Shown: positions 28,064 to 38,132 of the stretch, piece by piece
How the letters are laid out: every line of letters begins with the position of its first letter
Position numbering within the stretch: the first letter of the stretch is position 1
Source: Promethearchaeota archaeon
GTDB lineage: Archaea > Asgardarchaeota > Lokiarchaeia > Sigyniarchaeales > SOKP01
Reading direction: 5' to 3'
Assembly: GCA_016840085.1 (NCBI GenBank)
Contig: JAEOTA010000022.1
Coordinates: forward strand, 32,001-96,000
Length of the DNA stretch: 64,000 nucleotides
Position numbers and translations under genes: made by a program
Notes under the pieces: model-generated
Database searches by the model: none
The model's input: only the letters and a program-made list of their open reading frames with translations
Told to the model about the DNA's origin: nothing

Positions 28064-28909
28064 TTAATTTGTATAGGGTGCCTTTTTAGGTGCTAGTTGT
28101 ATAAGTTTACATTGGCTCGTTATAAAATATTTAAATAAGTGTTCGTAACCGATTAATTGTTTAGGTGCCCCGTTTTCTAACCATAATCCTGAAGTATATT
28201 CTGGAGCTTCTTTTACTTGATCTAAGGTAGTAAGAAGAAATTCGTTATCAGTTATTAATAAACCAAACGGTAAAACATTATCCCCTTCAATAGAATGAAT
28301 TGTGATGGAGATCTTCAGCAATTTTTTTATCTCTTCTTTTAAAACTTCATTATATTTCAATGCAATAACAACTTGAATATTAGATGAAAATTTTTTATTC
28401 CACAGTTCTCTTAATACCCAATCATATCCACCTAGTTCTTGCATGAGTAAATCAGGAGTAATAATAAAAAAAATCCTTACTTCTGCTGAACTAATTAGTT
28501 CCTTAATTTTTTTTCTAATTTTTGATCTCGAATTAATTGCCCAAACACGAGGTTCAGATTCTTCTGTACCTATTTCTAATTCACTTATAACTTTTTCTAA
28601 AACCAAAGTGTCATCTATCTTCTGTTTGTATTCTTCACGTATTACTTTAAAAATTCGCTCTATCGGTATTACCTGATAATTAGCTCCCCTCTTAATAGGT
28701 TCTTTCTGAATGAATCCTTTTTCAATCAACCTATTTAATGAATCATAAACTCGCGCGCGATCTACTCCTGAGTATTTTGCAATATCTGCTGGACTCAAAA
28801 TTTTATATTTACATAATGTTAATAAGACTTTAGAGTCATTTTTTGTGAACCCAAGGGATTGAAGGGCTTCCTCAATTTCCGGTGTTTGAAGTAATTTTTT
28901 GCTTGGCAT
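28064..28909 (-). CDS. TrmB-family transcriptional regulator
   Basis: LGFTKNDSKV...DIAKYSGVDRARVYDSLNRLIEKG wHTH plus an effector domain. Confidence 0.88.
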   Translation of the reverse strand: MPSKKLLQTPEIEEALQSLGFTKNDSKVLLTLCKYKILSPADIAKYSGVDRARVYDSLNRLIEKGFIQKEPIKRGANYQVIPIERIFKVIREEYKQKIDDTLVLEKVISELEIGTEESEPRVWAINSRSKIRKKIKELISSAEVRIFFIITPDLLMQELGGYDWVLRELWNKKFSSNIQVVIALKYNEVLKEEIKKLLKISITIHSIEGDNVLPFGLLITDNEFLLTTLDQVKEAPEYTSGLWLENGAPKQLIGYEHLFKYFITSQCKLIQLAPKKAPYTN

Positions 28910-29336
28910 ATTTGGATTGTGTAAGAAAAATCAAATCCATGATATATATTTTGACTATATTACATTAGTCAAGTAAGTTATATTTTAATCTTTTTTTTTA
29001 GAAAATTTAAAATTTGGATTAAAATGATTGAATCATTTTGATAATATTTTTTATTAAAATCAGTGTATCTTTTAATTGATAGCTAAATACGTATGCAATA
29101 TTAAAAAAAGAATAAATCGAGATTTCATTTAATAGAAGTTGTAATTTCAACAACTCTGTATTCCTTAAAAATTAAGCAATGTGTAATAATGGGCTAATCA
29201 ATTTTCGAAGAAAATATTGAATTATTAATAAAAGTGAAATCTCAAAAAATTAAGGATTCAAGGCTTTATCTAATAAAAATCAACTTTTCGATTTTGTCGG
29301 AAAAATTATTTTAACATTAATAAATCGATCTGATCC

Positions 29337-29402
29337 TCGAATCAATATGATCTCTTATGAGAGATATGATCTCTCCTTGATTCGAATCATAACATTTATA
29401 TA
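29337..29402 (+). promoter_or_regulatory. Cluster of inverted/direct repeats and a TATA box upstream of the histone gene
   Basis: TCGAATCAA/TTGATTCGA IR, ATATGATCTCT x2, GAGAGAT-n3-ATCTCTC, the TGATTCGAATCA palindrome, then TTTATATA. Confidence 0.55.
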
Positions 29403-29473
29403 ATAGAAATGTGTAGTAATACTTAATTAACATTTATTTTACAAAACAATAAAAAAATTGTGGAGGAATAAAA

Positions 29474-29707
29474 ATGGCTAAAAAGAAAGCTCCTGCGAAA
29501 AAATCTGAAGGATACATTGCGAAAGCACCTATAAGAAGATTAATGAAAAAAGAAGGCGCAGATCTAGTTGCTGCTGAAGCACTAGACAAATTGATTAACT
29601 TCTTAGAAACGAGTGCTGCTACAGCAACTAAAGACGCTATAAAGGTATGTAAAGCGGACAAACGGAAGAGAGTAACTGCCGCAGATATTCGCGCCGCAAC
29701 TCGCTAA
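29474..29707 (+). CDS. Archaeal histone with a short Lys-rich N-terminal tail
   Basis: APIRRLMKKEGA..VA..A...RKRVTAADI histone fold, preceded by MAKKKAPAKKSEG; GGAGG SD. Confidence 0.93.
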   Translation: MAKKKAPAKKSEGYIAKAPIRRLMKKEGADLVAAEALDKLINFLETSAATATKDAIKVCKADKRKRVTAADIRAATR

Positions 29708-29713
29708 ATATCC

Positions 29714-29950
29714 TTAGATTTTAAATACTAACGATAAATTCTTTTTTTTTTTTTCTTGATTTTCACCTATGGTGTCAAGCTCGATCTGAAAAGTGGGGGT
29801 AAATGTATCTGAGCTGTCGCTAAATATAGATTCTGGTGTATATTCATGATATTCGACAAATAACAGTTGTATTTGTTCTTTAAGGTGTCTATCAATATCG
29901 CCTTGTTTGGCTATTGTTTCCCAATATTCAGGGATCTTGATCTCAACCAT
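29714..29950 (-). CDS. Small hypothetical protein
   Basis: ATG preceded by an AGGAGG SD; 78 aa. Confidence 0.45.
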   Translation of the reverse strand: MVEIKIPEYWETIAKQGDIDRHLKEQIQLLFVEYHEYTPESIFSDSSDTFTPTFQIELDTIGENQEKKKKNLSLVFKI

Positions 29951-30186
29951 ATTTGTTATTTCCTCCTATTTTTCTTTTGGTAGTATGAATTATAAGAACG
30001 ATTGGGTATTTATATCCTAATAAATTTTGACTTAATTTACTTAAAACGCTCTAAGGTCTATTAGATAAATTTAAAAGTATAAAAAAATAAAGATTTAATT
30101 TGAATTGGAAAATTTTTTTTTCTTACTGATTGACATTCTACCAAGTTATTTTATATTTTAAATTGGAATTTATCTTTTCATGTTTA

Positions 30187-31047
30187 TTATGACTCAAATA
30201 AGTATTTTCTTCGTAATTTTATTTTAGCTTCAATCGCTTTATATATTATAAGGTAAATCCATGAGATAAAGACCCACATAATCCCAATAAGGGCATAGAT
30301 AGAGGGCGTGAACCACCAATATTCAGCTTTAATGAGATTAAGTCCGGGTAAAGTAAGTTGTGATATTAATATCCCAAAGACTATAAATGGTACTACCGTA
30401 AGTATTCCGATCAGAATGCCATATTTGAGGATATATCGTAATAATTCTTTAAGATCTATAGGGGTTCTATAAAGATAATCTATTAGTAATGCTGCGAAGA
30501 TAGGAATTGACACCAGAAATAAAGATAACACAATAAGAAAAATAACATAAAATACATGTAATACGGAATCAAGAATTCCTGGCGATTCTGGAGTTTTCTG
30601 AATATCAAGCACCTTAAACTGTATCATTAGAGGTGTATTGAAAGATTCATCGGTGCTGTTGCCATATGTCAACGCTGGCTTATTGGTAATATCATCAATT
30701 CCATCACGTTCTTGGTCAATACAACTATTCAACCAAATTATATCGCTTTTATAATGTAGTTTTTTTCCAAGTAAATTGTTATACAATCCTAAAATAAGTC
30801 CATCAGTCTGATTCTTTGTGATGGGAATCATTCTAACCCATAAAGTCTCATTATAAATAGGATCTGAGTAGCTATACAGCATACGCGCGTCAGATTCCCA
30901 GATAGTATAGTGAATCTGAACATTATCATATTTTCTAACTTTTTCTGGTATTGGTCTAGCGAAAATAGCAATAATAACGACAACCAAAACAACACTAATC
31001 AATATTATATTTCTAGTTCTTTTTGAAAGAGTAATATTTTTAGTCAT
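30187..31047 (-). CDS. Hypothetical membrane protein (N-terminal anchor, extracellular domain, 3 C-terminal TMs)
   Basis: Hydrophobicity pattern. Confidence 0.65.
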   Translation of the reverse strand: MTKNITLSKRTRNIILISVVLVVVIIAIFARPIPEKVRKYDNVQIHYTIWESDARMLYSYSDPIYNETLWVRMIPITKNQTDGLILGLYNNLLGKKLHYKSDIIWLNSCIDQERDGIDDITNKPALTYGNSTDESFNTPLMIQFKVLDIQKTPESPGILDSVLHVFYVIFLIVLSLFLVSIPIFAALLIDYLYRTPIDLKELLRYILKYGILIGILTVVPFIVFGILISQLTLPGLNLIKAEYWWFTPSIYALIGIMWVFISWIYLIIYKAIEAKIKLRRKYLFES

Positions 31048-31113
31048 TTGGTATATCTTTAGTTATTCTCAATAATATCTAATTAAAAATAAAATAAATA
31101 AAGAAAAAAAAAA

Positions 31114-32901
31114 TTAAGTGATTTTGAATTTTCTCTTTCTTTTCTCTAACACTACTATGAAAGATATGATACCTACAGTTCCAATTAATAACGTGTAATT
31201 ATATCCCGGAATAAAGGGCTTTTTCCCATCAATTTCCTCTTCCACTTCATATTCGTCAAAATAGACCGTAAGTGTCGGATCATGGCGTAACCGTTCTCCG
31301 CTCCATACAGGATAATTTTGCGTCTCTAATCTGAATAGACTATCAGCTATGTTAAATGAAGGGTCTTGTTTGACAATATCTACCAATGTAAAAATAGAAT
31401 TTATAAAAGGTTGTTCATGGTACGAAGACGAGTCCATATACCACATTACCATTGGATGAATGCTTCCGCCTTCAGATTCAAGAACTGTATTTTTATCTGA
31501 TATTGGAAAGTCATAAAGTGTATAATTCTTCTTGTCCGGTCCGCCCATGTTAATTGTTGCAACCAGGGTATCATTTGACTCAAAATCAAAAGTGCTACAA
31601 GGTAGGCTTAATGCTTTAGTGTCAATTTCATCAATATCAAAGGTAGACAGAAAATAATTATATTGAGGCATTACTAATCCATACCCTTGAGATGCGTCAT
31701 ATAAGCTAGCGTTAGTAATTTTTCCAAGTTCCCAAGTAACATCCAAATCTGTTTGATTTTCTCCTACATTATAATCATATTCGAAAGAATAATCAAAAGG
31801 ACAGGAATGAATATATGATGAGTTCCCTTCCGTTCTAAAGAGACCTAATGAATACATTAGCCCTACATCTGTAGGATACCCCGGATATGTTATTCCCCAA
31901 GTTACATTAGCATCTGTAGTGTCTGTAGGAGGAGTGAATTGAATAGTGGAGGCGATTTCACTTACAGATTTATCTATGGGATACAACCAATGTCCCGACC
32001 AATTGAAGACTGTCTCTTCATCTATATATTCAATATAAGTCTCATCATAGTTATAGACTTTTGGTCTTAGCCAACCAAGCCACTCTTTGCTTGTATACAA
32101 GTATGGTGGACCACTGAGATCCTCACTATCAGCTACAGAATAGATCATATTCGAATCTAAATCCTTATAGACGAGAAGATCATAGAACATATTCAGCCAT
32201 GCTATTCTATCGTTGTTTTCTGTAGTAAATAATTGAATAGTTAATATAAGGGGTAAAGAGAATTCCCCAGAAATACCTTGATAAAGGAAATAAGGTTTTC
32301 TAGTTGTATTCCGGATGTAGGAATACTGCTTTTCATCATATATATCATCAGTAGAGCTCCATGAATCCAACAATTCATCAGTTGAAAAATCATATTGTTC
32401 ATATTCACTCTCAATATTTTGGTGGTATTCCTCGTAATAACTGAAATTATGTATAGAGGAAGCCTGATAGTATTCCATTTCCATCGTTCCTTGCTTAAAG
32501 GCTAACCAAATCACTTTCACATTCGATCCATAATCGATATTCACACGATACACAGTAAAATCAAAATCGATCGTTATATTTCCTATTATAGTATATTCTG
32601 AGACATAAGAATAATTTGCCTCATGAAATATGGTATGTTCTCCAATCGTTTTCGTAATATCAGTACTATTATACTCTTCAGTATACGTGTCATAGGTATC
32701 CTTATAGCTTCCAGAGTGATTAATCGCAATCGAGTCTCCAGTCCAGATCTTTTGGACGGAATATGAAAATGTGGTCTCTTCCCATGAGAACTCTAAAGTT
32801 GGTTCTGTTGGTTTATCCGCACGAGTAAATAAATTCATCGAGAATAGATTCAGTGTTAGAAGTGATACCACAACAATAACTACAACATATTTTTTATTAA
32901 T
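31114..32901 (-). CDS. Cell-surface protein with a C-terminal sorting/TM signal (Loki-CTERM-like); start probably ATT at 32901
   Basis: Acidic/Tyr-rich body ending IPGY-TM-KRKRK. The frame is open 10 codons upstream of the GTG (INKKYVVVIVVV), behind GGTGA. Confidence 0.75.
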   Translation of the reverse strand: MNKKYVVVIVVVSLLTLNLFSMNLFTRADKPTEPTLEFSWEETTFSYSVQKIWTGDSIAINHSGSYKDTYDTYTEEYNSTDITKTIGEHTIFHEANYSYVSEYTIIGNITIDFDFTVYRVNIDYGSNVKVIWLAFKQGTMEMEYYQASSIHNFSYYEEYHQNIESEYEQYDFSTDELLDSWSSTDDIYDEKQYSYIRNTTRKPYFLYQGISGEFSLPLILTIQLFTTENNDRIAWLNMFYDLLVYKDLDSNMIYSVADSEDLSGPPYLYTSKEWLGWLRPKVYNYDETYIEYIDEETVFNWSGHWLYPIDKSVSEIASTIQFTPPTDTTDANVTWGITYPGYPTDVGLMYSLGLFRTEGNSSYIHSCPFDYSFEYDYNVGENQTDLDVTWELGKITNASLYDASQGYGLVMPQYNYFLSTFDIDEIDTKALSLPCSTFDFESNDTLVATINMGGPDKKNYTLYDFPISDKNTVLESEGGSIHPMVMWYMDSSSYHEQPFINSIFTLVDIVKQDPSFNIADSLFRLETQNYPVWSGERLRHDPTLTVYFDEYEVEEEIDGKKPFIPGYNYTLLIGTVGIISFIVVLEKRKRKFKIT

Positions 32902-32945
32902 ACTCCATCACCTGAATTTTTATCAAAAATTTTTACTATATATAG

Positions 32946-32969
32946 AGATTCCGAAATTTTTCGGAATCT
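32946..32969. promoter_or_regulatory. Perfect 11-bp inverted repeat, candidate operator next to the TATA box of the surface-protein gene
   Basis: AGATTCCGAAA-TT-TTTCGGAATCT, adjacent to TATATATA at 32937-32944. Confidence 0.55.
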
Positions 32970-33146
32970 ATCTGTTATTCATATTGACTATAAAAAACTT
33001 TAGGATACTTATATTTATAAAGATTGCGTATTATAGCATCTGAATTTATCTCTATAACTATATTAACTATGTCTAAGCTATATAGACGAAATCACAAAAT
33101 TATTTAACGCACGATTATCCCTATCTTTATAATAAGGCAAACTTAA

Positions 33147-33299
33147 ATGGGTGAGGAAGTGAAAAAAGTTAAATTTGATAAAAGGAAAACATTCTCTTTA
33201 TCAAGGAAAAAAGGTTCTAACCGACAAAACGAGGAAGAATCTGATTTAAAAAAATATATGATAGAATTGTTAATACTCAAGTTTAATAGGCGATATTAA
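33147..33299 (+). CDS. Small hypothetical protein (50 aa; below the ORF-track cutoff)
   Basis: MGEEVKKVKFDKRK...KFNRRY*; ends 7 nt before the next ATG. Confidence 0.4.
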   Translation: MGEEVKKVKFDKRKTFSLSRKKGSNRQNEEESDLKKYMIELLILKFNRRY

Positions 33300-33306
33300 G
33301 GGAATT

Positions 33307-33633
33307 ATGAATGAACGTAAAGTATTGAAACACGTAGTGAAATTTGCCACGCGAGAATTTACCGAGAAAAAACCTATGAGTGTTAGGGTGCTACGAAGGA
33401 AAAGAGAAACCTTTTTTACACGGGGAGGTCCTTTAAAAGCAATTAGCATAGGTAAAACTGAAGATCCCTATTTTCTCGTAGCTCTTGATTATGCTCATGC
33501 CCTCAGAATCTACTATTTTTCTAAGAAAGGGATATTTTTAGGGGGTCAAAATTTTGACACATCCTCAGAGTTTCTTAGAGAACTCAAGAAATCTACTATT
33601 ACCGAATTTAAGCTACCAAAGAAGATCAGGTAA
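33307..33633 (+). CDS. Basic hypothetical protein
   Basis: 108-aa ORF in a tight co-oriented cluster. Confidence 0.55.
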   Translation: MNERKVLKHVVKFATREFTEKKPMSVRVLRRKRETFFTRGGPLKAISIGKTEDPYFLVALDYAHALRIYYFSKKGIFLGGQNFDTSSEFLRELKKSTITEFKLPKKIR

Positions 33634-33647
33634 GATACTCCATAAAT

Positions 33648-33866
33648 TTGTCGGAGTCTCTGGATTTATCTTTAGGTTGGACCTTTCCTATCATGATGGA
33701 AAAACCACACTCATATTTTGATTGGGAACTACAATTTCGAAAAAAGAAAAGTGAACGTATGCGAAAACATATTAATTCCTTAGGTATGTACTCCCATGAT
33801 TTTAAGAAATTTATGAATGAGTGGAAAAAAAAGAATATTCCAATCAAGAAGGATAAAAAAAAATAG
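33648..33866 (+). CDS. Small hypothetical protein
   Basis: Co-oriented with the previous ORF; start uncertain. Confidence 0.4.
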   Translation: MSESLDLSLGWTFPIMMEKPHSYFDWELQFRKKKSERMRKHINSLGMYSHDFKKFMNEWKKKNIPIKKDKKK

Positions 33867-34255
33867 TTTATTATTGAGCCATAATCATAGAAGAAACATG
33901 ATTATTATATTGGATAATTACCAAAATAATTGATCTATTTAAATTCCGGATCTCGTATATTGTATTCGCACTTACCCTATAGAGTGAAAATCTATCTAAA
34001 TTAAGCTTAGATCTTTTCCTAAATCAGATCCCTGAGAATAATACATTACAATTTCCATGTATGAATCTACCATGCTAATTTCCTCCCACTCATTTTATGA
34101 GAGGTGATGCACGAAACGAAAAAATTCATCATATTTTAAATTTCAATCTTTGTGAAAGTGTAATAGCACATTTCTTCTCATAAATCCTGATCCAAAGGAA
34201 AAGATTTAAATAGCAAACTCCTTCCCTACCTTTTCTTAAGGTAAGATAAAAGGTA

Positions 34256-35503
34256 ATGGCAATTTGTATGGCAACGCAAAAACCAGAAAATCTTAAATCT
34301 GTTATAGGTACTATTTCTTATTACACCTGTGATTTATGTGATTCCGAAGAAATTATTGAAACTCATGAAGGTTATGTGTGTCAAGGATGTGGTGTTGTAT
34401 TAGAAGCCCAAAAATTACGCTATGATCGTCCCTACAATAATGATCTTGTGCACCATGCGAGACACTTGGGACTAACTCAGATAGGCACTAAAAATGAACG
34501 TCTAAATTCAATACATTCCTCTGAGTTTAATCGATTACATAAATATAATACTCGAGTAAAATATCGTAAAGAAATTGATATCAAAGCTACAGACGAAATC
34601 TCAGCAATTTTTGGAGCTTTGAATCTCCCTCGCACATTCCAAACACCTATATTACAGAAATTTAAAGAAATATATTCAGGATTCAAATGGAAATCAATAT
34701 ATCGAAATGTCGAAAAACTTGTACCAGTTGTGATCTATTATTACTTAAAATTTAATAATATCATATGCTCAGAGATTGAACTATTAGAAGTATCTCAGAT
34801 CACAAAAAAGGAATTTGGACATTTTAAACTGCAAGTCAAGTCCTACTTTCCAAATCATACCAAGATAAAAAGACAAGAATTTATATCTCAAAAACTACTC
34901 TTGGTTAAAGAACATTTTGGATTAGATATGGTTTTCTACCATTTCGCGAGAAAAATCATGTGTAAGCTGTGGGATTCTATACAAAATACTAAAGATGACG
35001 TGATTGCAGGACTGTGTAGTGGAATCGCAGTACTATGTTCTTATAAAGGGGTTGTAACTGTAAATGAAATTTGTAAGAGGTTGGGAATAGGTATGAGTAC
35101 AATCCACGCCCAAGTAAAGAAAAATGTATTCACTCGGCTTAAGATAAAAGGTTATACTAGTCTCGTCGAATCTGCTGAATTACTGCGAAAAGTTGTAATT
35201 AAATTAGGGCTGCTAAAACGAGAAGAACAATTAGAAGAGGAGCTTACATCCCCTGATATTATAGAAATTAAATTAGGAAATGGACGTGCTGTCTATAACT
35301 CCCATAGAAATATAGATCAATATTTCTTCGCACTAAAGGAAAAGAGAGGGAGCATAGTGCTTATCAATCTTGAGATATACAGACCTTACTGGACGCTTGA
35401 ACCAGGGGAACAATCAGGATTACAAGAAATCCCCCTCTTTGATTGTACATTTAATACATTATATCATAATAAAGGACCACCATCATATGAGATGACTGCT
35501 TGA
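34256..35503 (+). CDS. Divergent TFB/TFIIB-like protein (Zn ribbon, cyclin-like repeats, C-terminal extension)
   Basis: CDLC...VCQGCGVVL ribbon; I...LNLP; second repeat ending VTVNEICKRLGIGMSTI (TFB-like HTH). Confidence 0.65.
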   Translation: MAICMATQKPENLKSVIGTISYYTCDLCDSEEIIETHEGYVCQGCGVVLEAQKLRYDRPYNNDLVHHARHLGLTQIGTKNERLNSIHSSEFNRLHKYNTRVKYRKEIDIKATDEISAIFGALNLPRTFQTPILQKFKEIYSGFKWKSIYRNVEKLVPVVIYYYLKFNNIICSEIELLEVSQITKKEFGHFKLQVKSYFPNHTKIKRQEFISQKLLLVKEHFGLDMVFYHFARKIMCKLWDSIQNTKDDVIAGLCSGIAVLCSYKGVVTVNEICKRLGIGMSTIHAQVKKNVFTRLKIKGYTSLVESAELLRKVVIKLGLLKREEQLEEELTSPDIIEIKLGNGRAVYNSHRNIDQYFFALKEKRGSIVLINLEIYRPYWTLEPGEQSGLQEIPLFDCTFNTLYHNKGPPSYEMTA

Positions 35504-35611
35504 TAAGTGGAGATGTGAAAAAAGTTTCTAAAGAGAAATATATAACTATTTGGAGAAATAAATGGATTACTGCTAATGCTTCCAGTATTGATGACTTCTT
35601 CTAGAATTTCT

Positions 35612-36532
35612 TTAATTATGTTCCTCCAAATTAATATTTTTTAAAAAATCTGATATTAATTTTGATATAAATGTCTTATCTACTTTATAATAGAGATTAT
35701 GCTTTAGATCATTGTAATTTTTTCTAATTAAACTTAGCAATTTTCTTTCCTGTTTTGAAATTATCTCGTCAACTTCAGCAAATCTGATGAGATCGTCGTA
35801 TTTTTCTAATGATCGGTACTCTAGTTCATTTTTTAACCATAGTTCAATGATTCTCCCAATATTAAGAAGAGCTGCTTCTGGCCAATCATTAAGGATCTCA
35901 TTAACTTTACGAGCTTGTTCTTTAAGATACTGTAATGAGAGCTTAGTTTCTGGTTTTTTATGATAGAATTCTTCCATGCACACCTTTAGTTCTGTTTTTA
36001 ACCTGTTCCAGAGGAATTTAAATTGCTCTTGGATTTGATAAATAGCGTTTCGACATATCCATTTCTTCATCTCGTCGGAATTTATGGATTTTATCTCAAA
36101 TTGCCTAATTTTCTTATCTCTCCGATAATAACTTAACACGATTTTATTCTTATTTCTCTCTATTAAATAGTCTCCGTAAACCTCATCAGTAGCATATACA
36201 TCTTTTTCCAATAGGAAAATTATAGATTTTTTTGAGGTCCTTCTAAATCTTTGATCAATTAAAGGAATCAAAGTATCGTCATACCAAAAGTAATACTTTT
36301 CAAAGAAAATATATATATTTTGTAAGTGATTATGAAGATCTTTTAGTAAATCTAAAGGCCATTCATATTCTTTTTGTTTAAATCTAGGTCTACCTATAAG
36401 TTTACCATATTCAATCTCCTCTCGATACTCCACCTCTCTTTTTGCAGGAATTTGAATTAGTTTTTTATATAATTCAGCATGATTATTCAATATTTTATTT
36501 CCTTCTTCTTGTATACTCATATAATTCAACAT
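35612..36532 (-). CDS. Hypothetical protein with a C-terminal HEPN/DUF4145-like domain
   Basis: AALLNIGRIIELWL...LI..A....IIS......L..IRKNYNDLKH. Confidence 0.55.
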   Translation of the reverse strand: MLNYMSIQEEGNKILNNHAELYKKLIQIPAKREVEYREEIEYGKLIGRPRFKQKEYEWPLDLLKDLHNHLQNIYIFFEKYYFWYDDTLIPLIDQRFRRTSKKSIIFLLEKDVYATDEVYGDYLIERNKNKIVLSYYRRDKKIRQFEIKSINSDEMKKWICRNAIYQIQEQFKFLWNRLKTELKVCMEEFYHKKPETKLSLQYLKEQARKVNEILNDWPEAALLNIGRIIELWLKNELEYRSLEKYDDLIRFAEVDEIISKQERKLLSLIRKNYNDLKHNLYYKVDKTFISKLISDFLKNINLEEHN

Positions 36533-36844
36533 ATAAATTTAAATTGAAGATTTATCAATTAATAAAATTATAATATAATTCTTTCAAAATTTAATTTTTT
36601 GGAACAATATTTACCTATTATCATGCTCGATGGGTGCGAATTGTAAATGCAATGAAATCTTTAAACTTAGAAATAATCAATAAATATTTTAAGAAGTTAT
36701 TTTGGAAAATCAGCAGGTATTACAATTTACTAATGCATATGACTACATATAAAATAGAAAATTGTGATGATGAAATATTAATAAAGCAATTTTGTCAATA
36801 TATAAGTAAGACAAAAAAACAAATTTGAATAATGAGTAAATCAA

Positions 36845-37207
36845 ATGTCAGAGAGAAGAGAATCTGAACAAAGATATTCAGCATTTTATACAAGTTTGAA
36901 AAATTTTCTTTATAAAAATTCCGGATTACCAGTGAGAGGTGTAGCAAGGTGGGGTTCCCGAACAACAGGAAATCATAGAGATAGGAGTGATTTAGATGTA
37001 ATTTTTTGGATTCAAGCTAATCCTTCGAAAGAGAGTGTCTATCCTGGTTTAGTGGATAAACTTAAATTGGTGTTAAAAGTTAATGCGGATATTGGACGTA
37101 GTTATAATGTCATTAATATATGGAAACCGGGAATTTCTTGTGATTTAGTATTACTTATGGAGAGGGAATATAGAGATCAAATCGCTAGGAGAAGATATGT
37201 AGAATAG
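36845..37207 (+). CDS. Minimal nucleotidyltransferase (Pol-beta superfamily, MNT)
   Basis: WGSRTTG....SDLDVIF...CDLV (GS, DxD, third D). Confidence 0.8.
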   Translation: MSERRESEQRYSAFYTSLKNFLYKNSGLPVRGVARWGSRTTGNHRDRSDLDVIFWIQANPSKESVYPGLVDKLKLVLKVNADIGRSYNVINIWKPGISCDLVLLMEREYRDQIARRRYVE

Positions 37208-37430
37208 AAATTATCTTATATTTTTTATTTAAAGGAAAACAGGTAATCTATAAAATTGTTGATTTCAATTCAATAAATTTATATTTATTGTATATATCAG
37301 ACAATAATTAAAGTTAAAGATTTGATAAATCTCTAACGATATATTCCTTTTTTCTCTGCTTTTTCTGCCGAACATCAAAATCCGGGTAAAATTTAAACCA
37401 ATTTTCAAGAGTAATCAAAGTATTTGTAAT

Positions 37431-37694
37431 TTGGTATTCCGAAATATAATCATCAACAATAGTTATTTGATTTTGAATAAAATCAAATTCAGGTATATTT
37501 ATGAGGGCTATAAGGAAATCTATGATAAGGAAAATGCTGAGGTGGGTGATCCGGGAACATATGAACGATTGTATAATCGAAAAAAATCAAATGGCCCATA
37601 TGGTATATGGGGACATTACTTAGAAGAGTTGTACATCGAAAGTATTAGATATAATCAAGAAACTAAAATAATTCATATGTTTATAGGTTCCTAA
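37431..37694 (+). pseudogene. Probable gene fragment (C-terminal piece)
   Basis: Protein-like 3' half (YNR..SNGPYGIWGHYLEELYIE) with a weak TTG start and an AT-rich 5' part. Confidence 0.35.
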
Positions 37695-37808
37695 CTCTTT
37701 CTGATATTTAATACCTCTCTCCCCCGTGGAGCCCCCTCCTAAAAAAGTAAGTATATAATTATTCAAATTAAAAACAAATTTGATCATTATTTTTTTAGAC
37801 CTTATAAT

Positions 37809-38108
37809 TTACACCCTTAATTTTTCTATGATTTTGGCATAAAGTCTGATTAAATCTTTAAAGAATTCTTCCTGAAGAAACTTTTCTTCATTAACTTTTT
37901 CCTGTAAAAAATAAAAAATCTTATCGATAACAGATTTCAAATATTCTAACTCCCGTTTTTTTGATTCATTTTTTTCAAGCAATATTTCACACATCTTGCT
38001 AACTGATTCTCGATAACTCGATGTCTCAATCTTATACTTTATTTTAATTGTATCGATTTTATCCAATATTTCTGAATTAAGTGCTATTGACACTCTTGGC
38101 TTTCCCAT
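37809..38108 (-). CDS. Small protein with a ribbon-helix-helix-like N-terminus
   Basis: KPRVSIALNSEILDKIDTIK pattern. Confidence 0.45.
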   Translation of the reverse strand: MGKPRVSIALNSEILDKIDTIKIKYKIETSSYRESVSKMCEILLEKNESKKRELEYLKSVIDKIFYFLQEKVNEEKFLQEEFFKDLIRLYAKIIEKLRV

Positions 38109-38132
38109 TTTTCTTCTATTTGGATTTACTAT

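Noticed and set aside
33880-34190. Possible decayed minus-strand gene upstream of the TFB-like gene
   Set aside because: It has multiple stops and no recognisable motif, so it cannot be supported without a homology search.
36634-36828. 64-aa GTG ORF between the HEPN-like and MNT genes
   Set aside because: It is AT-rich with a weak start and occupies the likely divergent promoter region.
37721-37740. GC-rich patch CCCCCGTGGAGCCCCCTCC as a tRNA fragment or att site
   Set aside because: No cloverleaf or T-loop, and no second copy noticed.
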